A stretch of 64,000 nt of DNA from Candidatus Kerfeldbacteria bacterium. Its GTDB lineage: Bacteria > Patescibacteriota > Patescibacteriia > UBA9570 > XYC2-FULL-38-9. The notes under the pieces were generated by a model. That model was not told where the DNA came from. It saw nothing but the letters and a program-made list of their open reading frames with translations, and did no database searches. The translations under genes were made by a program, and so were the position numbers. Of the stretch, positions 1 through 10,567 are shown in pieces; positions within the stretch are counted from its first letter, which is position 1, and each line of letters begins with the position of its first letter. The stretch is taken from the NCBI GenBank assembly GCA_043813585.1, contig JBDRKW010000020.1, positions 129,185 to 193,184 of the forward strand, given 5' to 3'.

Positions 1-66
1 CTTAAAGCGGATGTGCGCCCATAACGTTAATAAAAAAATGATTTTCGATTACTTGATTACACGCAT

Positions 67-1143
67 ATGAAAACAAAGCTATTCACCATCTCAATTCTTC
101 TGGCGTCGGTTGCCCTTGTTGGCCAATCCTGCGGTTCTGTTGCAGACGGAGGGATTTTTATCTCTTCCGATGTGGGTGAGCAGTGGGAGCAAAAGGTGTA
201 TATCGGACAGGAGGGAAGAAAAACAGTTACCATCGGAGGTGTTGATGTGGTAACGATAGAAGTTGACCCGAAATTACCGGGCAACGTGTACGTTGGCACT
301 AAAGAAGACGGCCTGTTCAAGTCCGACAGCAAAGGCGAATCGTGGTGGCAACTGGGCATCGCGCCCGATAAAATTCGCGACGTCGCGGTCAACCCGGTCG
401 ATTCGGGAATTGTGTATACCATTCGCGGATCAGACATCATTAAATCGGCTGACTTTGGAAATAATTGGGAAATTGTATATACAGATACGCAAGGTGCGCT
501 GATTACGCGTATTGCGATCGATTGGTTCAAACCAGACCGCATATTTGCGACAACATCGATCGGCACGATTTTACTGAGCGAAGACAATGGGGCAAACTGG
601 CGCGTCTTATACCAGGTGGACGAACCCATTCTTGGCTTTCTCATATCATACGAAGACAGCCGCGTCCTTTACGTACTCGAACTTGATAAGGCTATTCATA
701 AATCAACGGATGGCGGCAATACCTGGGTCAACCTTTATAACGAGGAGTTTGACGCGGACTTTCATCGGGCGGCTCAGGTAAAAACGTTTGCGATGGATGC
801 AAATAATGCAGATACTCTGTATGCAACTTCAAAAGAGGGTCTCATTAAGACCACTAATGGGGGTGGCAACTGGGAATTCGTAAATACCTTAATCGAACGC
901 GGGGCTGATGAAAATGCGGCGATTTCTGCGGTTACAACCATTCCGGGACAGCCGGATACGCTCATTTTCGCAGTTGGCAGGATTATCCATAAATCTATTG
1001 ACGGTGGAAGAACTTGGAAAACCATTGAAAATTTTCCCTCACAACGCTCAATAACGTACATGGTTGTGGATCCGGAAGATCCAAATAGACTTATTGCTGG
1101 CGTTGAACAGCCAGAAAAGGAACAGAGAGGGTTGATTCAGTAA
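67..1143 (+). CDS. Secreted/lipoprotein BNR (Asp-box) repeat beta-propeller protein, Ycf48/VPS10-like
   Basis: Signal peptide ending LVGQSC (lipobox-like); seven Asp-box motifs (SSDVGEQW, KSDSKGESW, KSADFGNNW, SEDNGANW, KSTDGGNTW, KTTNGGGNW, KSIDGGRTW). Confidence 0.75.
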   Translation: MKTKLFTISILLASVALVGQSCGSVADGGIFISSDVGEQWEQKVYIGQEGRKTVTIGGVDVVTIEVDPKLPGNVYVGTKEDGLFKSDSKGESWWQLGIAPDKIRDVAVNPVDSGIVYTIRGSDIIKSADFGNNWEIVYTDTQGALITRIAIDWFKPDRIFATTSIGTILLSEDNGANWRVLYQVDEPILGFLISYEDSRVLYVLELDKAIHKSTDGGNTWVNLYNEEFDADFHRAAQVKTFAMDANNADTLYATSKEGLIKTTNGGGNWEFVNTLIERGADENAAISAVTTIPGQPDTLIFAVGRIIHKSIDGGRTWKTIENFPSQRSITYMVVDPEDPNRLIAGVEQPEKEQRGLIQ

Positions 1144-1157
1144 TTAAAGAACAGACT

Positions 1158-1694
1158 ATGTTTGAAGAAAAAGCAAATAAAGCAATTGAAAACCTAAAAA
1201 CCGAATTGGCAGGCCTGCGAACAAGCCAGGCGACTCCGACACTGGTTGAGCGCATTACTGTAGATGCATATGGTTCTCCAATGCAGCTCCAGGAGCTTGC
1301 CAGCATTAGCGCACCTGAGCCCCAGCTGCTTGTTGTTCAGCCGTGGGATAAAAACCAGATGAAGGCGATAGAGTCGGCGCTATCAGACAGTGATTTAGGA
1401 ATTAATCCCGTTGTCGATGGAGAGATCATTCGTATTGCATTTCCGCCGCTCACTGAAGAAAAACGGACAGAAATGGTGAAGGTGATGAATGACAAAGTTG
1501 AAGACGCCCGCATTGCAGTAAGAAAAATTCGTGAAGAGCATTTAAAAAATCTAAAGAAACTGCAAAAAGACGGTGACCTTTCCGAGGACGATTACTTCCG
1601 TCAGGAAAAGGAAGTTCAGGACACCGTAGACAGCGTAAATAACACCATCAAAGAAGTGGCAGAGGCAAAGGAAAAAGAACTGATGACCGTATAG
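1158..1694 (+). CDS. frr: Ribosome recycling factor
   Basis: 178 aa; LRTSQATP, VDAYGS, VQPWDK, PPLTEEKR, KEKELMTV motifs. Confidence 0.96.
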   Translation: MFEEKANKAIENLKTELAGLRTSQATPTLVERITVDAYGSPMQLQELASISAPEPQLLVVQPWDKNQMKAIESALSDSDLGINPVVDGEIIRIAFPPLTEEKRTEMVKVMNDKVEDARIAVRKIREEHLKNLKKLQKDGDLSEDDYFRQEKEVQDTVDSVNNTIKEVAEAKEKELMTV

Positions 1695-1698
1695 GCAG

Positions 1699-2832
1699 AT
1701 GGGAACAGCGACAACAATCCTGATATTTATTTTGGTACTAAGCGTTCTTGTGTTTGTTCACGAGCTGGGTCATTTTGTAGCTGCAAAATTATTTGGCATA
1801 CGAGTTGATGAATTCGGTTTTGGCTTTCCTCCTCGAATTTTTGGTAAAACGATAAAAGGAACGCTGTATTCGCTAAACTGGATACCGGTTGGAGGCTTTG
1901 TAAAAATTAAGGGAGTTGCCGGAGATGATAAGGATCTTCAAAAAAATGAAGGTGACAGCGACAGCTTCGCTAACCGGCCGTTTTATAAGAAGTTCATTAT
2001 TTTATTTGCCGGTATATTAATGAATGGATTGCTCGCTGTGCTATTGTTTACAATAACCTTTGTCGTCGGCGTTGCGGCATTGCAGGATGATGTGCAGCCC
2101 GGCGGTACTATTCTGGAAAGCGCTATTATAGTATCAGCGATTGTACCGGAGGGTTCGGCTGCACAAGTAGGTCTGCAAATAGGGGATGCAATACAACGCA
2201 TTAATGAGGAGGAAATTGAGTCATCAGAAGCTCTTCAAGAATATACCTCAAGCAGCGCTGACAAGACCCTCACACTGGAGGTGAAACGGGATAAAGAAGT
2301 GTTTGAAGTTGATGTCATACCAAAAAAAGTCGAACTCGACGGGTATGAATATATTGGGATTGGCGTTGGATTTCAGGAGGTTGTAAAGGTACGATATTCC
2401 TGGTATCAGGCGCTATGGATGGGCACGACGACGACAGGGCAGGTCATCGCGGAAATTGGTATTGCGCTAGTGGGTATTATGAAGAGCGTTTTCACAACAG
2501 GTTCCGTGGGTGAGGATGTGGCCGGTCCGGTGGGAATCGCGGTGCTGACCGGACAGTTTGCGCGCATGGGATTTATTCCGCTATTGCAATTCACAGCGCT
2601 ATTGTCAGTAAACCTGGCAATCTTTAATTTCCTTCCAATACCGGCACTCGACGGCGGACGCCTGATATTCGTGGTACTTGAGCGCATCCGTAGAAAGCCG
2701 GTGAATCAGCAGATTGAAGCGATGATCCATAACATCGGCTTTATATTGCTGCTCATATTCGTACTATTAATTACGTTAAAAGACGTTTCGCAATACAATT
2801 TGGTCGGTTATCTGCGCGGCTTTTTTTCTTGA
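1699..2832 (+). CDS. rseP: RseP/site-2 intramembrane zinc metalloprotease (M50) with PDZ domain
   Basis: HELGH and NFLPIPALDGGR motifs, FGFGFPP, TM helices; follows frr. Confidence 0.93.
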   Translation: MGTATTILIFILVLSVLVFVHELGHFVAAKLFGIRVDEFGFGFPPRIFGKTIKGTLYSLNWIPVGGFVKIKGVAGDDKDLQKNEGDSDSFANRPFYKKFIILFAGILMNGLLAVLLFTITFVVGVAALQDDVQPGGTILESAIIVSAIVPEGSAAQVGLQIGDAIQRINEEEIESSEALQEYTSSSADKTLTLEVKRDKEVFEVDVIPKKVELDGYEYIGIGVGFQEVVKVRYSWYQALWMGTTTTGQVIAEIGIALVGIMKSVFTTGSVGEDVAGPVGIAVLTGQFARMGFIPLLQFTALLSVNLAIFNFLPIPALDGGRLIFVVLERIRRKPVNQQIEAMIHNIGFILLLIFVLLITLKDVSQYNLVGYLRGFFS

Positions 2833-2865
2833 CAAAACCGTACAATTATTGTGTTCAGCTAATTA

Positions 2866-2895
2866 TTGACAGTAGAGAGATTCCTCATGTACTAT
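2866..2895 (+). promoter_or_regulatory. Sigma70-type promoter of mreBCD-mrdA
   Basis: TTGACA (2866-2871)-N18-TACTAT (2890-2895), 20 nt upstream of mreB ATG. Confidence 0.55.
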
Positions 2896-2915
2896 GAGTC
2901 AGCTATTTTTTGAAT

Positions 2916-3962
2916 ATGTTCAATAATCTATTCGGTTCATTATCCAAAGATCTTGGCATTGATATCGGTACTGCCAACACCCGTGTCTACGTAAAAGACA
3001 AGGGTATTGTTGTGAATGATCCGTCAGTTGTTGCCATTAATACCCGCAACGACCAGATCATAGCGGTCGGGCAGGAAGCCCGTCAGATGATCGGCAAGAC
3101 GCCTCCGCATATCATAGCTTCGCGGCCATTGGTTGACGGCGTTGTTTCTGATTTCGAAGTAGCCGAGAAAATGCTGAAGTACTTCATTGATAAGGTGCAT
3201 CGAGAGACATTTTCCGTCATCCCGCGGCCGCGAGTCGTTATTTCCATACCCCTGGACGTTACAGAGGTGGAGCGCAAAGCTGTCGAAGACGCAGTTATGA
3301 GTGCAGGCGCGCGCGAAGTGTTTCTCATTGAAGAACCAATGGCGGCCGCAATAGGTTCGCGCGTTCCGATTGAGGATTCAACCGGTCACATGATTGCGGA
3401 TATTGGTGCCGGTACGACATCTATCGCAGTCATCTCTCTCGGAGGCATCGTTTCCTGGCGGTCGATGCGACAGGCAGGAGACGAGTTAAATAAGAATATC
3501 ATCAATTATATTCGCGACCATTTCAATATTCTTCTGGGTGACAGAACGGCGGAAGATGCAAAAATGATGATCGGCACGGCGCTTGAGGATGATGAAGTGC
3601 TTGAGGCGAAAGTACGCGGACGCGATATGATCTCCGGGTTGCCGCGTGAAATTGTCATTACCAGTAATCATCTTCGTGAAGCCACGGCCCGCTCCATTAA
3701 TGCGATGGTCGATAATATCAAGTTGGCGATTGAGGCGACGCCACCGGAATTGGTTGCTGATATTTATGAAAAGGGGATATTGCTCTCAGGCGGGACATCT
3801 CTTCTGCGACACCTGGATAAAAAGATCTCAAATGAAATTTCAATACCGGTAAGCGTCGTGGATGATCCTCTGACTGCAGTTGTCCGCGGTACCGGGATCG
3901 TCCTGGAGGATATTGACGCGGCGAAGGAACTGTTTCTTACATCCCCGTCAGATCTCGAATAA
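2916..3962 (+). CDS. mreB: Rod shape-determining actin homologue MreB
   Basis: DLGIDIGTANT, IEEPMAAAIG, DIGAGTT, LSGG motifs; ATG at 2916 preferred over TTG 2910. Confidence 0.96.
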   Translation: MFNNLFGSLSKDLGIDIGTANTRVYVKDKGIVVNDPSVVAINTRNDQIIAVGQEARQMIGKTPPHIIASRPLVDGVVSDFEVAEKMLKYFIDKVHRETFSVIPRPRVVISIPLDVTEVERKAVEDAVMSAGAREVFLIEEPMAAAIGSRVPIEDSTGHMIADIGAGTTSIAVISLGGIVSWRSMRQAGDELNKNIINYIRDHFNILLGDRTAEDAKMMIGTALEDDEVLEAKVRGRDMISGLPREIVITSNHLREATARSINAMVDNIKLAIEATPPELVADIYEKGILLSGGTSLLRHLDKKISNEISIPVSVVDDPLTAVVRGTGIVLEDIDAAKELFLTSPSDLE

Positions 3963-3970
3963 CGCTTCAT

Positions 3971-4795
3971 ATGAAGTTTGAGCCACTGAAGTACCTGCGG
4001 TCAAAGACATGGATAGCGCTTTCACTCTGTGTACTCGCGCTTTTTTTGCACTACACAAATTTGGCGCGACCGTTTGAAAATATTCTTATCCGAATGATCC
4101 AGCCGGTCCAGGCTGCCGTATTCAAGGTGAGCCAACTGGATACCATCAGTGGAGTATCAGATGCCGAGTACGGTGGCATGACGCATGACGAACTGGTTGA
4201 AGAAAATAAACAGCTGCGCGATCAGGTAAATAACTTACGCGTTGACAATGCGCATCTTCGAACGCTTGTGGATGATATAACACTACTGAAAGAGCAAGTG
4301 GATTTCCTTGAAAAACGCTCTTTTGCATCAGTGACCGCAAAAGTGACCTCCCGCTCGACAGAAACGCTCTCTCAAACGCTCATTATTAACCGCGGCAGTG
4401 AAGATGGCGTGGCAGTAGGATTGCCGGTAATCGCTGACAATGGAATTGTCGTCGGCACGATAGCAGTTGCGGATCCATACTCAGCAGAAGTACTGTTAAT
4501 CACCAGTTCGGACTCGCTCATCAGCGGAATTGTACAAAACGAGGAACGGAGCCAGGGTATCTTAAAAGGAGAGCATAATATCTCTCTTGTAATGGATTAC
4601 ATTCCGGAGCCTGATTCAATAAAACCGTCTCAATCAGTTGTGACAAGCGGAGCGGATCCGAGCATCCCTAAAGGGCTCGTTATTGGTGAGATTCAGGAGG
4701 TGATTCAGGAGCCGGGATCATTGTTTCAGCGCGCAGCCATTCTGCCGTATTTTGACCCCGCTGCCATGACCATCGTTTCAGTATTGCTACCATAA
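3971..4795 (+). CDS. mreC: Rod shape-determining protein MreC
   Basis: N-terminal TM, coiled coil, INRGSEDGV, VVTSG..IPKGLVIG; follows mreB. Confidence 0.92.
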   Translation: MKFEPLKYLRSKTWIALSLCVLALFLHYTNLARPFENILIRMIQPVQAAVFKVSQLDTISGVSDAEYGGMTHDELVEENKQLRDQVNNLRVDNAHLRTLVDDITLLKEQVDFLEKRSFASVTAKVTSRSTETLSQTLIINRGSEDGVAVGLPVIADNGIVVGTIAVADPYSAEVLLITSSDSLISGIVQNEERSQGILKGEHNISLVMDYIPEPDSIKPSQSVVTSGADPSIPKGLVIGEIQEVIQEPGSLFQRAAILPYFDPAAMTIVSVLLP

Positions 4796-5340
4796 TGCGA
4801 AACTATCTCATTGAACTATGGTGGGTAATTGCGCTAGTACTTCTCGCCGTCATACAAATATCGTTCATTTCAAGCTCGATCCTGCTGCATTACGGAATGC
4901 AAGCTGTGCTTGTTGCTGCAATTATGGTTGCAGCGTATGAACGACCTATGCGGGCACTTTTTATAGCGTCCATTGCCGCGTATATCATGGATCTCAATTC
5001 GGCGTTGCCGTTTGGTATTGTCTTAATTGCCACTGTCGGCGGAGTCGTGCTGTTCCTCTTTTTGAGGCAGAATGTCTTTAAAAATCGTGCACTGCACTCG
5101 CTTGTCATAGGAATGTGTGCGGCGACAATTGCATACCATCTTCTGTTTTTCATGGGGGTCATTTTCTCGCAGTGGTCCGGCACGGTGGAACTATCTGCAT
5201 TTCAATCCCTGGAGTACATCCGTTTTGCGGGCATACAAACGCTTTCACATGCCGTTATCGGCATTATTCTTTATTATGCGATTCAGGTGAGCATCAGGCT
5301 TACTCCGGCAGTGGCTAACCGCAGAAAATATGTCGCGTAA
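4795..5340 (+). CDS. mreD: Rod shape-determining protein MreD
   Basis: 181-aa polytopic membrane protein between mreC and mrdA; DLNSALPFG motif. Confidence 0.78.
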   Translation: MRNYLIELWWVIALVLLAVIQISFISSSILLHYGMQAVLVAAIMVAAYERPMRALFIASIAAYIMDLNSALPFGIVLIATVGGVVLFLFLRQNVFKNRALHSLVIGMCAATIAYHLLFFMGVIFSQWSGTVELSAFQSLEYIRFAGIQTLSHAVIGIILYYAIQVSIRLTPAVANRRKYVA

Positions 5341-7273
5341 GAATCCATTCGAGATCTACGAGGCAGACAACAAGAAGGGAAGTATGCGGACCGGATCGAT
5401 GTCCGGGACTATTATCGATTGTGTCCCTCCGAATCAGCCGGTTCACGGGGAACAGATGAAAAAATCTGCAATGCAGTACTCTTCCCGCAACGCAGTTATC
5501 GTGGCTGTGCTGATGCTTTTTATCATATCAACGCGCGCGTTTTATCTGCAGATACTACAGAACGAACGCTATATCAATCAAGCGGAAGGCAACAGGACCC
5601 ATACAACAGTCATTAAAGCCCTTCGCGGCGTTGTGTATGATCAGAACGGGGTGCCTCTGGTTAGGAACATTCCAAGTTTTCGCTTGATGATAACGGCGCG
5701 GGAGTTACCGCATCGCAGTGATCAGGATTATGAACAGGTGCTGGAATCAATCCAAAGTATATCTGACCTTGGCGACGATGAGTTTAATGAACGGCTGCTC
5801 CGGTCCTTTCAGTCCGGCCAGCCTGTAGAGTTGCGAACCAATATTTCATATAATGACGCGTTACCTCTTATGATTCAAGCACAGCACATTCGCGGTGCGA
5901 GCGTTGAGACGTTCTATGTTCGCGAGTATCTTGCCGGCGAGCCATTTGGCCATATTATGGGGTATATGTCGAAGCTGACAGAAGATGAATACGAAGAAAA
6001 CAGAGATAACGGTTACCAATTCAATGACGATATCGGTAAAACAGGCCTCGAGGCATCCTATGAAGCTGAATTGCGCGGCAGGGACGGCCTTCATAAGAGC
6101 GAGGTTGATTACCGCGGCCGTGAAATTTCAGTCATGTCGGATAGTCGTTCTGAAGCCGGCTTTAATCTGAAACTATCGATAGACATAAATCTCCAGGAAT
6201 ATATCTATAATCTACTTGGCAATGCAGTTGAATTACAGGGGTTGCCCGGAGCAGCTGCCATTGCGCTTGATCCAAATGACGGAAGCGTTCTTGCTCTTGT
6301 GTCGTATCCTTCATTTGACAGCAACGTGTTTACGGGCGGCATATCTCAAAAAGATTATGATGAACTGATCCGGGATGAGAAAAATCCTCTTTTTAACAGA
6401 TGCATCGCCGGTACCTATCCGTCAGGATCCGTATTTAAACCAGTTGTTGCCGCCGCTGCTCTGGAGGAAGGCGTCATAACCGCGAGCACGTCCGTATTCA
6501 GCAGTGGAGGCATACAAATTGATCAGTATTTCTACCCTGATTGGAAAGCAGGCGGCCACGGGGACACAAATGTTATTAAAGCTCTTGCAGAATCAGTAAA
6601 TACCTTTTTTTATCTTGCCGGGGGCGGCGACAACGAAACAACGACAGGTCTCGGCGTTGAGCGCATCACCGGCTACGCGAAGCAATTCGGCTTATCGGAG
6701 CCGTCAGGCATTGATCTTGCCGGAGAGCAGAGTGGATTCCTGCCATCGAAAGCATGGAAGGAGGAATACAAAGATGAGCAGTGGTATATTGGCGATACCT
6801 ATCATCTCGCAATCGGCCAGGGCGACATCCTAGCCACTCCGATACAAATTGCTAATTATACGGCTGCGTTTGCCAATGGCGGGACATTGTTCCGTCCGCA
6901 TATTGTACATTCAATTACCACCCAAAACGATGAACTTGTACGGGATATTGAGGCAGATCCTTTGAGCACGAGTGTAGTTTCTGCGCAAACAATACAGACG
7001 GTTAGGCGCGGACTGCGCGAAGCCGTGTTAACAGGCAGCGCGAAGCTGCTTCAAAGCCTCCCTGTTTCAAGTGCCGGGAAAACCGGTACTGCGCAGTTTG
7101 GAGACGAAGAAAAGACGCATTCCTGGTTTACGGCGTTCGCGCCATATGAAAAACCTGAAATTGTCATCACTGTACTTGCAGAGGAAGGCGGGGAAGGCAA
7201 TGAGACGGCGCTGCCACTTGCACAATCCATTCTTCAGTACTATTTTTCACCTCCGGAAATCGCGGTAGAATAA
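5330..7273 (+). CDS. mrdA: Penicillin-binding protein 2 (class B transpeptidase)
   Basis: RGVVYDQNG dimerisation domain; SVFK (SxxK), SVN (SxN), KTG motifs. Confidence 0.94.
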   Translation: MSRKNPFEIYEADNKKGSMRTGSMSGTIIDCVPPNQPVHGEQMKKSAMQYSSRNAVIVAVLMLFIISTRAFYLQILQNERYINQAEGNRTHTTVIKALRGVVYDQNGVPLVRNIPSFRLMITARELPHRSDQDYEQVLESIQSISDLGDDEFNERLLRSFQSGQPVELRTNISYNDALPLMIQAQHIRGASVETFYVREYLAGEPFGHIMGYMSKLTEDEYEENRDNGYQFNDDIGKTGLEASYEAELRGRDGLHKSEVDYRGREISVMSDSRSEAGFNLKLSIDINLQEYIYNLLGNAVELQGLPGAAAIALDPNDGSVLALVSYPSFDSNVFTGGISQKDYDELIRDEKNPLFNRCIAGTYPSGSVFKPVVAAAALEEGVITASTSVFSSGGIQIDQYFYPDWKAGGHGDTNVIKALAESVNTFFYLAGGGDNETTTGLGVERITGYAKQFGLSEPSGIDLAGEQSGFLPSKAWKEEYKDEQWYIGDTYHLAIGQGDILATPIQIANYTAAFANGGTLFRPHIVHSITTQNDELVRDIEADPLSTSVVSAQTIQTVRRGLREAVLTGSAKLLQSLPVSSAGKTGTAQFGDEEKTHSWFTAFAPYEKPEIVITVLAEEGGEGNETALPLAQSILQYYFSPPEIAVE

Positions 7274-7276
7274 TTA

Positions 7277-7305
7277 TTGACATCTAAGTTGTTGTATCGT
7301 ATTAT
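7277..7305 (+). promoter_or_regulatory. Sigma70-type promoter of greA-lysS-serS
   Basis: TTGACA-N17-TATTAT. Confidence 0.7.
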
Positions 7306-7334
7306 ATCACCCGTCAACTTCTATTTTTTATTTT

Positions 7335-7802
7335 ATGGAACAGAAGACCATCTACATCACAGAGGAGGGCTTAAAAAAGCTCAAAGACGAGCTGCACGGC
7401 TTGAAAACCGTTAAGCGCAAGGAGATCGCGGAGCGTATACAGGAAGCGAAGGAATTGGGCGACCTCTCTGAAAACGCCGAATATATTGAAGCTAAGGAAG
7501 AGCAGGGGTTTATCGAATCCCGCGTATTGGAGCTGGAGCAAATGATCAAGAATGCAGAAGTCATATCACATCCGACAAACGACGACATCATCCAGATTGG
7601 ATCTGCATTTACCGCCACGAGCGACGCAGGCCTGACTGTTTCATTTTCTATTGTTGGCTCATCTGAGGCCGACCCTTCAAAGAATCTCATTTCCAACGAA
7701 TCACCGCTTGGCCAGGCATTTCTTGGCCACAAAACGGGCGAATCAGTAACTGTTGTTACGCCAAAAGGCGATACGGTCTACACAATCGAATCCATCAAAT
7801 AG
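7335..7802 (+). CDS. greA: Transcription elongation factor GreA
   Basis: GDLSENAEY and ISNESPLG motifs. Confidence 0.97.
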   Translation: MEQKTIYITEEGLKKLKDELHGLKTVKRKEIAERIQEAKELGDLSENAEYIEAKEEQGFIESRVLELEQMIKNAEVISHPTNDDIIQIGSAFTATSDAGLTVSFSIVGSSEADPSKNLISNESPLGQAFLGHKTGESVTVVTPKGDTVYTIESIK

Positions 7803-7803
7803 C

Positions 7804-9288
7804 ATGACGTTGCCAGAAAGCGAAAGCGAACTCCGAAAGAAGAAAGTCGGGGCGCTTCGCAAAAAAGGAATAAATCCCTATCCATCCAAGGCTGAACACA
7901 GCAGTAGTGTTGGTCTTTTTATTGACATGTTCGGTGACCATGAAAAGAAAGGCGATACGGTCATACTCAGCGGACGAGTCATGCTCATGAGAGCGCACGG
8001 AAAAATCACATTTGCGCATGTGGCCGACGAGACAGGGAAAATTCAGGTTGTTTTTGCCAAACAGGATATGGGCGACGATGCATATGCATTTGTTGCCGAG
8101 TATATCGATGTAGGTGATATAGTGCAGGTAAGCGGGACGGCGTTTGTCACAAAAAAAGGTGAGCAGTCGCTTCTTGTACAGCAGGCGACACTTCTCTCAA
8201 AAGCAATCAACCCACTGCCTGATAAATGGCATGGAATCAAAGACGAAGAGGCGCGATACCGAAAGCGCTATCTGGATATGCTGATGAATCCGGAACTTCG
8301 GGATATGGTTCGCAAAAAAAGCATGTTTTGGAACGCTGTTCGGGATTTTTTACAGAATGAAGGATTTCTTGAGGTTGAAACCCCTGTCCTGGAGGCTGTT
8401 GCCGGAGGTGCTGATGCCCAACCGTTTGTTACACATCATAATGCATTGGATATCGATCTATTTTTGCGCATCTCGATGGGCGAACTGTGGCAAAAACGGT
8501 TAATGGTAGCCGGATTTGATAAAACATTTGAGATCGGAAGGCAATTCCGCAATGAAGGGATCAGTCCTGAGCATCTGCAGGATTACACGCAAATGGAATT
8601 TTATTGGGGCTACGCTGATTATGAAATGGGAATGGAACTGGTTGAGCGCATGTATAAGGAATGCATCAATAAAACATTCGGTACGCTGAAGTTTTCAATC
8701 AAAGGTATGGACGTCGACTTGTCCAAAAAATGGGACCGCATTGATTACGTTGACGCGTTAAAAAAAGCATACAAACTTGACGTGTTGCAGGCGACGGAAA
8801 ATGAACTGCGGACTGCATGCAACAACGCCGGTTCAAGTGCTGACGGCGTCGTGGGCAAAGGAAGGCTCATGGATCTTTTATGGAAGCAGGTAAGAAAAAC
8901 AATCACCGGACCCGCGTTCCTGGTCAACCACCCGGTTGAAGTGTCGCCGCTTGCCAAACGAAAAGAAGACAATCCGGCATTGGTTGAACGATTTCAGGTC
9001 ATTATCGCCGGCAGTGAGCAGGGAAACGGGTATTCAGAGCTGAACGATCCCATCGATCAGCGTCAGCGTTTCGAAGAGCAGACAGAATTGAGGGAAGCCG
9101 GGGATACGGAAGCGCAAATGCATGATGAAGATTTTGTGGAGGCGCTGGAATACGGCATGCCGCCGACATGCGGATTTGGTATGAGCGAGCGGCTGTTTTC
9201 ATTCCTCATGGATAAGCCGATTCGGGAATGCGTAACATTTCCTCTCTTACGGCCAAAACAAGACGATAACAAAGACAATAATGCTTGA
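7804..9288 (+). CDS. lysS: Lysine--tRNA ligase (class II)
   Basis: OB anticodon domain, YRKRYLD, FEIGRQFRNEG, ALEYGMPP; start moved to ATG 7804 after greA stop. Confidence 0.96.
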   Translation: MTLPESESELRKKKVGALRKKGINPYPSKAEHSSSVGLFIDMFGDHEKKGDTVILSGRVMLMRAHGKITFAHVADETGKIQVVFAKQDMGDDAYAFVAEYIDVGDIVQVSGTAFVTKKGEQSLLVQQATLLSKAINPLPDKWHGIKDEEARYRKRYLDMLMNPELRDMVRKKSMFWNAVRDFLQNEGFLEVETPVLEAVAGGADAQPFVTHHNALDIDLFLRISMGELWQKRLMVAGFDKTFEIGRQFRNEGISPEHLQDYTQMEFYWGYADYEMGMELVERMYKECINKTFGTLKFSIKGMDVDLSKKWDRIDYVDALKKAYKLDVLQATENELRTACNNAGSSADGVVGKGRLMDLLWKQVRKTITGPAFLVNHPVEVSPLAKRKEDNPALVERFQVIIAGSEQGNGYSELNDPIDQRQRFEEQTELREAGDTEAQMHDEDFVEALEYGMPPTCGFGMSERLFSFLMDKPIRECVTFPLLRPKQDDNKDNNA

Positions 9289-10567
9289 TATTAAATATAT
9301 TCGCGACCATGCGGAAGATGTGAAGCTGAATGCAACGCATCGCAACATTGATGTTGATATTTCTCTCCTGCTGGAACTCGATGAGCAGCTGCGCAGCCAT
9401 GTACAGCAGGTAGAGCAGCTGCGTGAGGAACGAAATACGAACGCAGAAGCGCTGAAAGGAAGCGAAGATAAAGAATCAAAGGTAGCAAAGGAGCATATTC
9501 AGCGCGGCAAGGAACTGAAAAAGGAAATTGCTGCCAGTGAAGCCGAAATCGAAAAACTTCGCGCAGAATTGCAGCCGCTGCTGGAAGCTGTTCCCAACCT
9601 GACGCATCCGGGCGTGCCTGTCGGCAAAGATGATGCTGATAATAAAGAACTCAAACAGATCGGCGCAATCCCGGAATTTGATTTCGAGATCAAGGACCAT
9701 GTCGAATTAGGCAAATCGCTCGATATCCTTGATTTTGACCGCGGTTCGGAAGTCGCCGGTTCTGGCTTTTACTTTGTGAAGAACGAAGCGGCAGTCATGG
9801 ACCTTGCACTCCAGCAATTTGCGTTCGACCGCTGCCGCGCCAACGGATTCACTCCGATGATCACGCCGGACATTGCATACCAAGAAATCCTGCGCGGTAC
9901 AGGCTTCAATCCAAGGGGGGATGAAAAGCAGATCTATAATATTGAAGGGACGGATTTATCCCTTATTGCAACATCAGAAATCACCGTTGCCGGCTATTTC
10001 AAAGACCGCATCTTCAAGAAGGGCGAACTGGATGCGCCGATAAAAATCGTCGGCCTCTCGCACTGTTTCAGGACAGAGGCGGGTGCGTACGGCCGTGAAT
10101 CACGCGGATTATATCGCGTCCACCAATTCACAAAAGTGGAGATGTTCATTATTTGCAAACCGGAAGATTCGGAAGCGCAGCATGAACATCTGCTGGAGAT
10201 GGAAGAAGAAATATTGCAGGAACTGAAAATCCCGTATCGCGTTGTTGACTGCTGCACCGGCGACCTGGGCGGGCCGGCGTTCAGAAAATACGACATTGAA
10301 GCATGGATGCCGTTCAAGGATTCCTGGGGTGAGGTTACCTCAACATCAAATTGTACGGACTACCAGGCGCGCAGGCTGAACATCAAATATGAAGCAGGTT
10401 CCGGAAAGAAGGAATACGTACACACACTTAACGGAACAGCCGTAGCGCTATCGCGCGTTCCAATTGCAATCATAGAAAACTTCCAACAAAAAGACGGGAC
10501 AGTCGCTATTCCGGATGCACTCCAACCGTATACGTTCGGCGTGACGGCAATTGAATTGAAGAGCTAG
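9281..10567 (+). CDS. serS: Serine--tRNA ligase
   Basis: MLDIKYIR start, coiled-coil arm, CFRTEAG, GLYRVHQFTKVE, HTLNGTA. Confidence 0.97.
   Translation: MLDIKYIRDHAEDVKLNATHRNIDVDISLLLELDEQLRSHVQQVEQLREERNTNAEALKGSEDKESKVAKEHIQRGKELKKEIAASEAEIEKLRAELQPLLEAVPNLTHPGVPVGKDDADNKELKQIGAIPEFDFEIKDHVELGKSLDILDFDRGSEVAGSGFYFVKNEAAVMDLALQQFAFDRCRANGFTPMITPDIAYQEILRGTGFNPRGDEKQIYNIEGTDLSLIATSEITVAGYFKDRIFKKGELDAPIKIVGLSHCFRTEAGAYGRESRGLYRVHQFTKVEMFIICKPEDSEAQHEHLLEMEEEILQELKIPYRVVDCCTGDLGGPAFRKYDIEAWMPFKDSWGEVTSTSNCTDYQARRLNIKYEAGSGKKEYVHTLNGTAVALSRVPIAIIENFQQKDGTVAIPDALQPYTFGVTAIELKS

Noticed and set aside
57-644. Long antisense ORFs (also 46064..46594, 60756..61307, 61845..62489, 63065..63550)
   Set aside because: Shadow ORFs opposite well-supported genes, with no motifs of their own.
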